From Polyangiaceae bacterium (GTDB taxonomy: Bacteria > Myxococcota_A > Polyangia > Polyangiales > Polyangiaceae), in contig CBDCTZ010000016.1 of assembly GCA_965222375.1 (NCBI GenBank), positions 2,080,001 through 2,144,000 of the forward strand: DNA of 64,000 nucleotides, given 5' to 3'. The notes beneath the pieces were generated by a model. The model was given only the letters and a program-made list of their open reading frames with translations. It was not told where the DNA came from and did not search any database. Numbering within the stretch: position 1 is the first letter of the stretch; each line of letters begins with the position of its first letter. This document shows positions 19,159-28,412 of the stretch, in pieces. The position numbers were made by a program, and so were the translations under genes.

Positions 19159-20421
19159 CTACGGTTTCCACTCCGGCGTGGGCACGCAATCCCAGGTCAG
19201 GCTCGGGTGCTCCAGATCCAGATCGGCGAGCCAGACTTCGCTCGAGGGCAGGTCGAACCAGCTGCCGTAGACGTGGGTTCCGTGGAGGGACTTGAAGGAC
19301 TGGAAGAAGTTTCGCGAGGTGAGGCGGCAGCGCTGTCCCGTCTTCCTGTCGAACTTCACCAGGGACTTCGACGCGCCGATCAGCTCGCCCATGGACGGTG
19401 GATTGGCGGGATCGGGATCGGCGGGCTCGTTCCAGACGACGAGATCGCCATCGACGGCGGGGTAGACCTTGCCGCGGGGTGAACCCGGCGAGTCGAAGGT
19501 GACGCGCTTCGTCTTCTTCGTCGTCAGGTCGTGCACGTAGACCTCGCCGCCACTGCGGTTGAAGGACGTAGAGCCGACGCCAGGGGGATCGCGGTAGTCG
19601 ATCCAGGCGTATTGGGTGCGCTTCGGCGAGCAGGTGCCGTGGGTCTGCCAGGAGCCGCCGTAGTCGAGGTACTCCTTCTCGCCGGTGTCCTGATCGATGA
19701 GATAGATCCTGCCGGCGTCGCAGAGCATCTTGTCCTCGGTGGGGCAATAGGTGAAGCACTCCCCGCCCAGGTTCTTGACCTCGCCGGTTTGTAGGTTTCG
19801 CGCCCAAATCCCACCGGGGAAGAGCCACAACACGTGACGAGGCCCGAGGACGGTGCGCCACACGGAGTTCTTGCCGGCCTCCTCGGGCGTGTAGCGGAAC
19901 GCGATCTTGGTCTCGCCCGTGATCAGGCTGGCGACCTCGACTTGGCCGTCGGCGACGCCGAAGGAGCGCAGGTAGCTGACGTGGTCGCCGTAGACGAAGG
20001 GTTGCAGCAGTGCCTCGTCGACGCGTCGAATGGCAAGGGTGATGTCGCTTCCAACAGATGTGAAGCCGATACCCTTGTTCGTCTCGCTGACGAACCGGCT
20101 GGCTGTGAAGGAATGGCCTCGAGTCGCCGGATTTCTCAGCGGAACGTTCATCGCGATGCGACACCCCGACCCACAGTCCGGCAGATTGTCCGGCGGATAC
20201 GACGTCCAGTTCTTCGGCTTGGTCTCGTGCCAAACTGGGTCCCAGGTGTTGCCCGCCGCCCCGCTACTTCCCGATGCGCCCGCGGCGCCACCGGAAGCAG
20301 CCCCGCCGCCCACGCCTCCGCTGCCACCCGGCTCATCGGATGGGCAACCGGTGAGCACGGCAACCGGGGCGATCCCGCCGAGAACGAGCAGGGCGGCGAT
20401 GGTCTTCAAGGCGTGACCCAT
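19159..20421 (-). CDS. Beta-propeller-like lipoprotein, paralog B
   Basis: MGHALK...VLTGC lipobox, Gly linker, WIDYRD...EVYVHDL and VVWNE blades. Confidence 0.8.
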   Translation of the reverse strand: MGHALKTIAALLVLGGIAPVAVLTGCPSDEPGGSGGVGGGAASGGAAGASGSSGAAGNTWDPVWHETKPKNWTSYPPDNLPDCGSGCRIAMNVPLRNPATRGHSFTASRFVSETNKGIGFTSVGSDITLAIRRVDEALLQPFVYGDHVSYLRSFGVADGQVEVASLITGETKIAFRYTPEEAGKNSVWRTVLGPRHVLWLFPGGIWARNLQTGEVKNLGGECFTYCPTEDKMLCDAGRIYLIDQDTGEKEYLDYGGSWQTHGTCSPKRTQYAWIDYRDPPGVGSTSFNRSGGEVYVHDLTTKKTKRVTFDSPGSPRGKVYPAVDGDLVVWNEPADPDPANPPSMGELIGASKSLVKFDRKTGQRCRLTSRNFFQSFKSLHGTHVYGSWFDLPSSEVWLADLDLEHPSLTWDCVPTPEWKP

Positions 20422-20615
20422 GCCAGCTGTGCCCACGCGCCGTGGCGACGTAGCCGCAGATTGCCGGAATCTCGGCGCGTGACCCAGGCTCGGATGTTGT
20501 GGTTGCCACTGGGCGCGACCGTGGCGCCACGCAGGTCGAAGACAGGTCGATGCTTCTTCCTCACACCGACGCCGTAGGCGCGGCCGCCCGTGGCGTCCGC
20601 ACGCAGTGCGGACAA
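20406..20615 (-). pseudogene. Orphan copy of the C-terminal ~70 codons of the giant secreted protein
   Basis: LSALRADATGGRAYGVG..KHRPVFDLRG...AQLAWVTP matches the end of 22086-26339. Confidence 0.85.
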
Positions 20616-20838
20616 TTGCTCTTGCCGATACACCACCGTAGTCTGCCACCGAATATGCCCCCTGCATTCCAGAGGGAGTTGATTGGTTTGGGGTCGGGGC
20701 GCTGGGTCGCGCTGGGCCGCTCCTCCCGAGCGAGGCCGCGTTGCCGGGTGCGTCGCTGAGAGCGCGGGTCGTTTCAGTGCGGGGGCGATAATGGAGTCAG
20801 ATTGGTGCAGTGCGGCGCGGGCGATCATGCGTGCGTCG

Positions 20839-22101
20839 CTACAGCTTCCACTCCGGGGTCGGCACGCAGTCCCAGGTCAAGCTCGGGTGCTCCAGATCTA
20901 GGTCGGCGAGCCAGACTTCGCTCGAGGGCAGGTCGAACCAGCTGCCGTAGACGTGGGTTCCGTGTAGTGACTTGAAGGACTGGAAGAAGTTTCGCGAGGT
21001 GAGGCGGCAGCGCTGTCCCGTCTTCATGTCGAACTTCACCAGGGCTTTGGACGCGCCGATCAGCTCGCCCATCGACGGTGGATTGGCTGGATCGGGATCG
21101 GCGGGCTCGTTCCAGACGACGAGATCGCCATCGACGGCCGGGTAGACCTTCCCGCGGGGTGAACCCGGCGAATCGAAGGTGACGCGCCTCGTCTTCTTGG
21201 TCGCCAAGTCGTGCACGTAGACCTCGCCACCGCTGCGGTTGAACGACGTAGCGCCGACGCCGGGCGGATCGCGGTAGTCGATCCATGCGTATTGGGTGCG
21301 CTTTGGCGAGCAGGTGCCGTGGGTTTGCCAGGAGCCCCCGTAGTCGAGGTATTCGTTCTTGCCGGTGTTGGGATCGATGGAGAAGACGATGCCATCGTCG
21401 CAGAGCATCTTGTCTTCAGTTGGGCAATAGGAGAAGCAGGCGCCGCCGAGGTTCTTGACCTCGCCGGTTTGGAGGTTGCGCGCCCACAAGCCGCCCACGA
21501 AGAGCCAGAACACGTGCCGAGGCCCGAGGACGGTGCGCCAGACGGAGTTTTTGCCGGCTTCCTCGGGCGTGTAACGGAAGGCGATCTTGGTCTCGCCCGT
21601 GATCAGGCTGGCGACCTCCACCTGGCCGTCGGCGACGCCGAAGGAGCGCAGGTAGCTGACGTGGTCGCCGTAGACGGACGGGAAAAGAGGCGTACCGGGA
21701 TCCAGCGGTATCGCGAACGTCTGACTGCTTGCCGATTTGGTGAATCCGATTCCCGCGGGAGTCTGGCTCACGAATCTCTGTTCTGTGAACCCGTGTCCGA
21801 ACACTGCGTGATTGCGTAGCGGCAAGTTCATTGCGATGCGGCATCCCGACCCACAGTCCGGTAGTTTGTCGGGCGGATGCGACGTCCACTTTTTTGGTTG
21901 GGTCTGGTGCCAGACCGGGTCCCAGGTGTTGCCCCCCGCCCCGCTACTTCCCGAAGCACCCGCGGCGCCACCGGAAGCGGCGCCCCCGCCCATGCCCCCA
22001 CTGCCACCCGGCTCATCGGATGGGCAGCCGGTGAGCACGGCAAAGGGGCCGAGCCCGCCAAGTACGAGCAGGACGGCGATGGACTTCAAGGGCTGACCCA
22101 T
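20839..22101 (-). CDS. Beta-propeller-like lipoprotein, paralog A
   Basis: MGQPLK...VLTGC. The start overlaps the end of the giant gene. The C-terminal half is almost identical to paralog B. Confidence 0.8.
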   Translation of the reverse strand: MGQPLKSIAVLLVLGGLGPFAVLTGCPSDEPGGSGGMGGGAASGGAAGASGSSGAGGNTWDPVWHQTQPKKWTSHPPDKLPDCGSGCRIAMNLPLRNHAVFGHGFTEQRFVSQTPAGIGFTKSASSQTFAIPLDPGTPLFPSVYGDHVSYLRSFGVADGQVEVASLITGETKIAFRYTPEEAGKNSVWRTVLGPRHVFWLFVGGLWARNLQTGEVKNLGGACFSYCPTEDKMLCDDGIVFSIDPNTGKNEYLDYGGSWQTHGTCSPKRTQYAWIDYRDPPGVGATSFNRSGGEVYVHDLATKKTRRVTFDSPGSPRGKVYPAVDGDLVVWNEPADPDPANPPSMGELIGASKALVKFDMKTGQRCRLTSRNFFQSFKSLHGTHVYGSWFDLPSSEVWLADLDLEHPSLTWDCVPTPEWKL

Positions 22102-25100
22102 GCGAGCTGTGCCCAAGCGCCGTGGCGACGTAGGCGCAGATTGCCGGAGTCTCGGCGCGTGACCCAGGCTCGGATGTTGTGGTTGCCATTGGGCGCGACC
22201 GTGGCGCCACGCAGGTCGAATACGGGTCGGTGCTTGGGCGGCGCCCCGACGCCGTAGGCGCGGCCTCCTGTTGCGTCCGCCCGGAGCGCCGACAAGGGCT
22301 TTTTCAGGTGAGTCACGCCGCGAAGCTCGGGCTCGGCACTGTTCGAAGTGTCGACATCGAACAGGTGTTTGCCATTGGCAACGAGCACTCGTCCGCCGTC
22401 CACGGCGGCAACTGCCGTCACTCCCTTCAAGAAGCCCGCGAAGTGGCCAAACTTGTTCGCGAGCTTGCAGGCCCACACCTTCGAAGGGTCGACGTGCAGT
22501 GGGATCAGCTTTCCGTGCGGGCCGAGGGGCACCAAGAGGGACATGGAGTGCACGCGCAGCTCGCTATCCAAACCGCCGCCAACAATGGCGAGGCCCAAAG
22601 GAGTCATCACGGCCCAGGAATCGTCGCCCAGGGCCTCGACGTCGTAGGGCGCGCCACACAGCTTCAGCTCGGGGCTCAGGGAAACGCCGCCAGTCGCCAG
22701 GCTTGCCAGACGCACGCCGCCACGGGTGGCAACCAACGCGGTCGTGCCCCTTGCCGCGATGTCGAGGGCCTTGTGTTGGAGGCCCTGGCCGAGCGGCGCA
22801 GCCAGGCTCCCGGCTTCGGAAGCTGCGCGGTACTCGACGCGGTGGGGTCGCGCGAGCCAAAGCGCGCCGTCGCTGACATCCGCGGCGACGATGGGTGGCA
22901 GAAGCTTCGTCTCGTGCAGCAACTCGCCTGCAGCTCCGGAGCAGGTGCCCCCGCCACAGGGGATGCGCCCGGTGCCGGACCACCACGACTTGTCGAGTCG
23001 ACACAGCTGTCCGCCCACTGGGTCTTCAGGCTGGCAGGTCATCAGCTGCCCAGTGTCGTCCAGGGGCTGCCAGCCATGGGTCGTCCGCTCACTCAGCGCC
23101 AGCGCTTCGGGCAGGGCTGGGTCGAAATCCAGACGGGTCAGCTCAGCTGCGATCGGGTCGAAGGCCAGAGCGGACTGGGCGAGCCCCGCGCTCGCTGCGG
23201 AAGTATCCGCGAACATCCGCGTTGGCGCTGCCACGCCCGGGACCGCCGCATAGCTCGCGAGCTGCCACACGTCGTCGTGGCTCTCGCCCATCGCATCCGT
23301 GCCCCCGGCGTAGAGCACGTGGGAGCCGTTGGGCGTGACCGAGAGCTGGGCGCCGCGCCGGGCCGGTAGATCTGAGCGCAGTTTCGCCGTGGTGCCACTG
23401 TACAGATCGACCAGCCACAGGTCCGACTCCAGCGCGCCGTCGACGTTGACGCCGCCGGCGACGAGCAGAAGATTGCCGCGGAGGCGCAAGGCGGCTTCGC
23501 TTCGGTACAGCAGTTCCGGCGGCAGAGCGTGACGCATGGGCCGCTCGCCATCGGGGAGCACGGCTTCAACGAAGCCCGTGGCCAGATCGACGACTGCGGC
23601 CACTCGCCCCTCGGCGTCGGTCACGGCCTGGGCGGCGGAGGACAGCGTGCCGCGCAGCTCGCCGAAGCGAGCGGCTTCATAGCGGATCGTCGTGTCGCTC
23701 ACCTCCACGGGCGCGAGGCGCGCGAAGCGGGCGGGCCGGTCGCTCACGCCGCGCTCGAACACAAAGAGATCCGGCTCGGCGTTGATGTCGCGCTCCGCGG
23801 CCGCGGCCAGCGTCAGCCCCGGCAACGGCCCGCTGAAGCCTCGGTTGCTCTGCAAGGGCGAGATGCTCACGGAGCTGGACGATAGCCAGCTGTCCATCGC
23901 CACCACGCCGAGCTGGGGCGTCATGTAGTTGCCCTCGGCGGGGCGGAGCACGGCCATGGTCAGCAAGCCGGCGTCGTCATGCACTACGCCGCGGACGCGA
24001 CTGAAGTCGCTCCGCACGGGTGACACCGGATCTGGGCCGAACCACAACTCCACCTTCGCGAGCTGTTGCTGCAGGGTGAGCAGACCGCAGGTGATCCCAA
24101 CGGTGAGCGAATCGTGGGCGGAAGTGAGTGACGCGGCGGTTTGCTCGGAGAGGGAGGAGCGTACGAGCCGGCTCACTTGACTATTGACGTTGCGCAACGC
24201 CAACGCGCGGTTCAGCGGGTCGAACTCCGGATCTGGAAACGGCGCGCTCGCGCGCTTCGGCAAGCCGAGGTGATCGTCGAGCTCGACCAAGGACCACACG
24301 GCGTACTCGTACACGGTGCGGGTGTGGGCGCCGTTGAAGATCGAGCCCGGGAACGAAACCAGATCGCCTGGCGAGTAGTGTTGGGTTGGACTGCCGGCAG
24401 GGAACAACGTACTCTCCTGCGTCCAGGCCCAATGGCTCTTGCTGTGGCCCACATCGAAACGCGGCACGGGCAGGACCGAGGGGTTGCACCAGGTGTCCGT
24501 GCGCGAGCAGCCGCTGCGATCGAGAGCGCGCCAACCGCGGCCGCTATAGGTTTGTCGAACTGCCTCGGCGACGTTGTCGCGAAAACACTCGCTTGCGGGG
24601 TCGGCGACGCATGCCGATCCAGTGAGAGGTGCCCCTGTAAGCACACTACGACACGCACACCGATACGCGTTCCCCGCCCAGGTCTTCGCCGCCTCAGGCT
24701 GCGCCGTGTCCCAATACGGATCGTTTGCGCTCGCCCCCCGCGCTGCAGCGGTGCGGGTGAGCACGTAGTCCGTGCCGCGCGCCACGAAGCGCGGCGGCCC
24801 GCACTTCGTGCTGCGCTGAAACAGCGTGCGCCACTTGGTATGGGACACGGGGTACGGGTCACAAGCATCCCCGCGCTGGAAGAACCCGAAGTCATTGTTG
24901 TTGACCGGGTCCGGAGGCCAGTTGACGTTCTCGGCCCAGTGGTTGCTGATGCCTTGGGACGAGGTGACGAGGGTTGGACAGCCGTCAAAGCCGTTCGCCC
25001 CGCGATCCTGATCTTGATCCCAGAAGCCACCAAGTCCGTGGACGGGGTTTTCCCAATTCGGTTCCGGCGGTGGCACGGGCGGAAAGCCGGGCTCGCCGAT

Positions 25101-26339
25101 GCCGACGTACTTTTGGCGGAAGCTCAGGTGGGGGTCGCATTTGCCGGTCAGGCCATCTGCGTCCAGGTCATCTGCGGCAGTGGCGATCTTGTCGAGGCCG
25201 CAGGCGTCTTCGGGACGGGCCTCGATGAAGTCGACATCAACGAAGGACATCTCCGACTTGCCGTCTCCGTCCGCGTCGAAGGTGAACGCGCCATCAGGTT
25301 TCACGACGCTCCACACCGAGTCGGCGTCGAAAAAGGACGTCCCAACAAACTGTCCAGGAAAGCCAAGATTGGCAAGACTTGGGGGCTGAAGGCCTGGGGC
25401 GGGCGCGACGGCCCCGCTTCGCACGAATTCGCACACGTTCCCGGTGCTCGTCGAATTGATGAACACCCGGCTGGGGGCCACCTTGAACAAGAACGACGGG
25501 AGCCTTATCGGCCCGTTGCCGCGGTGAGGATCGAGACACGGTCGGTCCCCCGAAGGGAAATCGACAAACGCAACACTCGTCCCGGCGACGCACTCCAGGT
25601 GGTGCTTGCCCGCCGTGGGATAGAGCACAGGGTGAGTGCCAGCCATCGTTGGCTGCGCGCACGTGTCAAAGCGCGCGAGGGACGCTCGCCATACGTCCGT
25701 ATCTGACACTCGCACGTCGAAGTTGAACTGCTGAGTGTCGCCGTCATGATCGTCGCCACACCAAAAGGAGTCGTCCGCCACGAAGCCTCCGTCACGTCGG
25801 AACATCACGACGAAGCGATAGCGAATGAGGATCTCATCGTCTTGCGCTGCGGCAATACGGTAGGCGGAATAGCCGAGGATCGGCTCACAGGGGCGTAACG
25901 AGTCCGACGGCTCGTCCTTGTCGAAGCGAAATTCGGGCACAAAGCAGTGCGCGATCTGTGCCTCGATCTCGTCATCAAGGCCATTGCCGTCTTGGTCCAT
26001 GTCGCAGCGCGCGGTCAGGTTGGGATCGAGCATCAGCGGCGAGCGCGGCAAGAACTCGCAGGTCGTAGGGAAGTTCTCCAGTGAGATGGTGCTCGGGGGC
26101 GCGAAGGGGCAGCTCTGCGCCCCCGCGCCCGAGGACATCAAGATCAAGCTCGAGGCCAGCAGCGCCGAACCGACAAAGGTGCCCCCCCCCCCGGCCGCTT
26201 GCGTCAACCTGATGGGACTTGGCGCTACCCATCGCCGCTTGGATTCGTCTTCGATGCATCTGCCCACTCCCCGTGAGCTTCCATTCTGACTGCCCGCAGG
26301 TGCACTGGGCAATGTGGGTTCCTGTCCCACCCCGAGCAT
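22086..26339 (-). CDS. Giant secreted protein with Ca-binding DxDxDG/TSP3-like repeats and Kelch/propeller C-terminal regions (start uncertain)
   Basis: Signal-like ALLASSLILMSSGAGA. Repeats DMDQDGNGLDD, DADGDG, DLDADG..CD, DQDQD..DGCP and GDACD. Kelch-like LLVAGG...DLW and LYAGG...DDVW. Confidence 0.75.
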   Translation of the reverse strand: MLGVGQEPTLPSAPAGSQNGSSRGVGRCIEDESKRRWVAPSPIRLTQAAGGGGTFVGSALLASSLILMSSGAGAQSCPFAPPSTISLENFPTTCEFLPRSPLMLDPNLTARCDMDQDGNGLDDEIEAQIAHCFVPEFRFDKDEPSDSLRPCEPILGYSAYRIAAAQDDEILIRYRFVVMFRRDGGFVADDSFWCGDDHDGDTQQFNFDVRVSDTDVWRASLARFDTCAQPTMAGTHPVLYPTAGKHHLECVAGTSVAFVDFPSGDRPCLDPHRGNGPIRLPSFLFKVAPSRVFINSTSTGNVCEFVRSGAVAPAPGLQPPSLANLGFPGQFVGTSFFDADSVWSVVKPDGAFTFDADGDGKSEMSFVDVDFIEARPEDACGLDKIATAADDLDADGLTGKCDPHLSFRQKYVGIGEPGFPPVPPPEPNWENPVHGLGGFWDQDQDRGANGFDGCPTLVTSSQGISNHWAENVNWPPDPVNNNDFGFFQRGDACDPYPVSHTKWRTLFQRSTKCGPPRFVARGTDYVLTRTAAARGASANDPYWDTAQPEAAKTWAGNAYRCACRSVLTGAPLTGSACVADPASECFRDNVAEAVRQTYSGRGWRALDRSGCSRTDTWCNPSVLPVPRFDVGHSKSHWAWTQESTLFPAGSPTQHYSPGDLVSFPGSIFNGAHTRTVYEYAVWSLVELDDHLGLPKRASAPFPDPEFDPLNRALALRNVNSQVSRLVRSSLSEQTAASLTSAHDSLTVGITCGLLTLQQQLAKVELWFGPDPVSPVRSDFSRVRGVVHDDAGLLTMAVLRPAEGNYMTPQLGVVAMDSWLSSSSVSISPLQSNRGFSGPLPGLTLAAAAERDINAEPDLFVFERGVSDRPARFARLAPVEVSDTTIRYEAARFGELRGTLSSAAQAVTDAEGRVAAVVDLATGFVEAVLPDGERPMRHALPPELLYRSEAALRLRGNLLLVAGGVNVDGALESDLWLVDLYSGTTAKLRSDLPARRGAQLSVTPNGSHVLYAGGTDAMGESHDDVWQLASYAAVPGVAAPTRMFADTSAASAGLAQSALAFDPIAAELTRLDFDPALPEALALSERTTHGWQPLDDTGQLMTCQPEDPVGGQLCRLDKSWWSGTGRIPCGGGTCSGAAGELLHETKLLPPIVAADVSDGALWLARPHRVEYRAASEAGSLAAPLGQGLQHKALDIAARGTTALVATRGGVRLASLATGGVSLSPELKLCGAPYDVEALGDDSWAVMTPLGLAIVGGGLDSELRVHSMSLLVPLGPHGKLIPLHVDPSKVWACKLANKFGHFAGFLKGVTAVAAVDGGRVLVANGKHLFDVDTSNSAEPELRGVTHLKKPLSALRADATGGRAYGVGAPPKHRPVFDLRGATVAPNGNHNIRAWVTRRDSGNLRLRRHGAWAQLAWVSP

Positions 26340-26740
26340 CCCGGCGAGTCTCCGCGCGACAAACGCCGATTCGCGAACTGACGCTCGTCAACACCGTGCT
26401 CAGGCGATCGCGACGTGAGCCATGCTCTGGAGAGCTGGGGCATATGCCAGCGACGCGACTCCCAGAGAATCGCAAACCGCCCTCGCTCGCCGGTGTCCGC
26501 GGCGTTGCGCTGCGCCTATCGCCCCAGCTTGGCCCAGGACGAGAGTAGCGGCCCTGCCTGCCCCAGAGAAGCGACCCCAAAAATACAAACGGATGAACGT
26601 CGCTCTTAGCCGCCGTTGTTTCCCCCACTCGGGGCGCCGCTGGGTGCCCGCGGGTGATCAGCGACGAGCTGGCGCTATCCCCAGATTGCTGCGGTCACTG
26701 ACGGGGCCTCGGTCTTTGCGCCCGCTCATGCTGGGAGCGG

Positions 26741-27757
26741 TCAAGGCGCGCAACAACGTATCCCGTAGATATCGTTCGCCGCGCTGCGGTCGTTGGCGTT
26801 GCCGTTGGCGCAGAGCAAGTCCGCGCTGCCATTGAACCAAAACGAGCCACCGCGCAGACGGCACTGATCTTTGCCGCCTGTATTGGCCTGACAGCTGTCT
26901 TCCCACTCCCACACGTTACCACTCATGTCGAAGAGCCCCGTCTCGCCGCCTTCGCACTTCGTAAGCGACTTCACAGGCACCGCCGCGCCAGCGCCGTAGT
27001 CCACGCCGTTGCAAGCTTTGCCGTCGTAGATGTCGCCATACGGGTACTTCTTCGTGCCTTTGCCGGAGCAGGCGTAGAGCCATTGGCTCTTGTTGGCGTC
27101 GGCGTAGTCGCCGTAGGGCAGGGGGCCGCCGCCGACGGCGCCGCACAAGCGTTTGCCTGCCCACTGGCAGTAGGCGAGGGCGTCGCACCAGTCCACGTAC
27201 ACGACCGGGTAGGCATCCTTGCCTGTTGCCGGCCAGCCCTGGGATGGCGTGAAGGTTACGTTCCACGAACAATGCGCCGGAGACTTCGTCGTGGACTGCG
27301 GCGTCACGTTAGCCGCGAGAAACTGAGCGTATTGCGCGTTGGTGACCTCAGTGCTGTCCACGCATTGGGCGCCGACCTGCACCATGGTTGGCCCCTTGCC
27401 CACCGGGCACCCGGCGCTGCCACCGGATCCGCCCGCTGCGCCTCCGCTGCCGGAGCTTCCGCCGCTACCTCCCGCGGTGCCTCCGCTGCCAGAACTTCCC
27501 CCGCTAGCTCCCGCAGCGCCACCGACACTGGCGCCGCCCCCGCTGCTCGCGCCCGCCGCGGCGCCTACTCCCGCGCCACCCCCGCTACTCGTGCCACCAG
27601 CCGCGCTACCACCGGTGCCAGTGCTCGCGCCCGTGCCAGCTTGCCCCCCGCCGCTCGATCCGCCTGTGCCCGTCTGCCCCGCGTCGTCTTCGCTCGTTGC
27701 ACAACTCAGCGCACTAGCAAAGACAACTGCGCACAACGACGGCCGCACCAACGTCAT
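26741..27757 (-). CDS. FGE-sulfatase (SUMF1/EgtB/PvdO-like) domain lipoprotein
   Basis: Lipobox ALSC, Gly linker, DSTEVTNAQY, PVVYVDWCDA.AYC.WAGKRLC, DMSGNVWEW, RGGS, GIRCC. Confidence 0.92.
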   Translation of the reverse strand: MTLVRPSLCAVVFASALSCATSEDDAGQTGTGGSSGGGQAGTGASTGTGGSAAGGTSSGGGAGVGAAAGASSGGGASVGGAAGASGGSSGSGGTAGGSGGSSGSGGAAGGSGGSAGCPVGKGPTMVQVGAQCVDSTEVTNAQYAQFLAANVTPQSTTKSPAHCSWNVTFTPSQGWPATGKDAYPVVYVDWCDALAYCQWAGKRLCGAVGGGPLPYGDYADANKSQWLYACSGKGTKKYPYGDIYDGKACNGVDYGAGAAVPVKSLTKCEGGETGLFDMSGNVWEWEDSCQANTGGKDQCRLRGGSFWFNGSADLLCANGNANDRSAANDIYGIRCCAP

Positions 27758-27784
27758 CTCACTCGACTTCCGCGCGATGCAAAC

Positions 27785-28171
27785 TCAATTCACAGACGGA
27801 TCCCGCGCCGCATTGACCGCGCTTGCGAAGCCCTTCGGATCTTCGAGTGAAATATAGAGCGAGTTCCACTTCACAGGCAGATACCAAACGCCCGTCGGGT
27901 ATCTCGAGCGCGTCTCCAACTTGGCGATCCCATCGAGGGAGCCGATCAATCCCAGGGTCTTCGGACCCACGCGCCATCCGATACCGCCAATCAGTGGCCA
28001 GCTCGCGCCGCCGTCGACGTCCACGACGTCCGACAGAGGAACCGTCACGTCGACGGCGCCGAATTTGAAGTGCACCTCATCGTTCTTGAGCTCCGCGTAG
28101 GAGTCATCTCGGCGGCCGCCGAAGACACGAATCAGTGGGCTGAATAGTCCAATCTTCATTGGGAATCGCAT
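27785..28171 (-). CDS. Hypothetical protein (PH-like beta fold)
   Basis: Coherent 128-aa ORF with GIGWR and LYISLEDPKGF motifs. Confidence 0.65.
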   Translation of the reverse strand: MRFPMKIGLFSPLIRVFGGRRDDSYAELKNDEVHFKFGAVDVTVPLSDVVDVDGGASWPLIGGIGWRVGPKTLGLIGSLDGIAKLETRSRYPTGVWYLPVKWNSLYISLEDPKGFASAVNAARDPSVN

Positions 28172-28412
28172 TAGCTGGGCCTCCAGCTACGAGGCTAGAC
28201 CCCCCAGGCGTTGGCGCGCAATGGGCCCGACCCGCGCCGGGACTGAGCTTGGTTGGTTTGGGTCGACGCGCTTGTGACCCGCTTCGGGATACCCGACGGG
28301 GTAACACCCGAAGGCGTGAGCACTGCGGCCCGCCAGGCCACTACTCCCGCCCTAGGCCACGCGGCGCCATCGCTCACTGGCGCGCGGACAGTCGGATCCG
28401 TATGCTCCTGCG

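Larger units (their letters stand above)
19156..22295. repeat. Tandem duplication: two ~1.46-kb copies offset by 1680 bp
   Basis: 19156-20615 aligns with 20836-22295. Each copy is a lipoprotein gene plus the 3' end of the giant gene. Confidence 0.9.
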
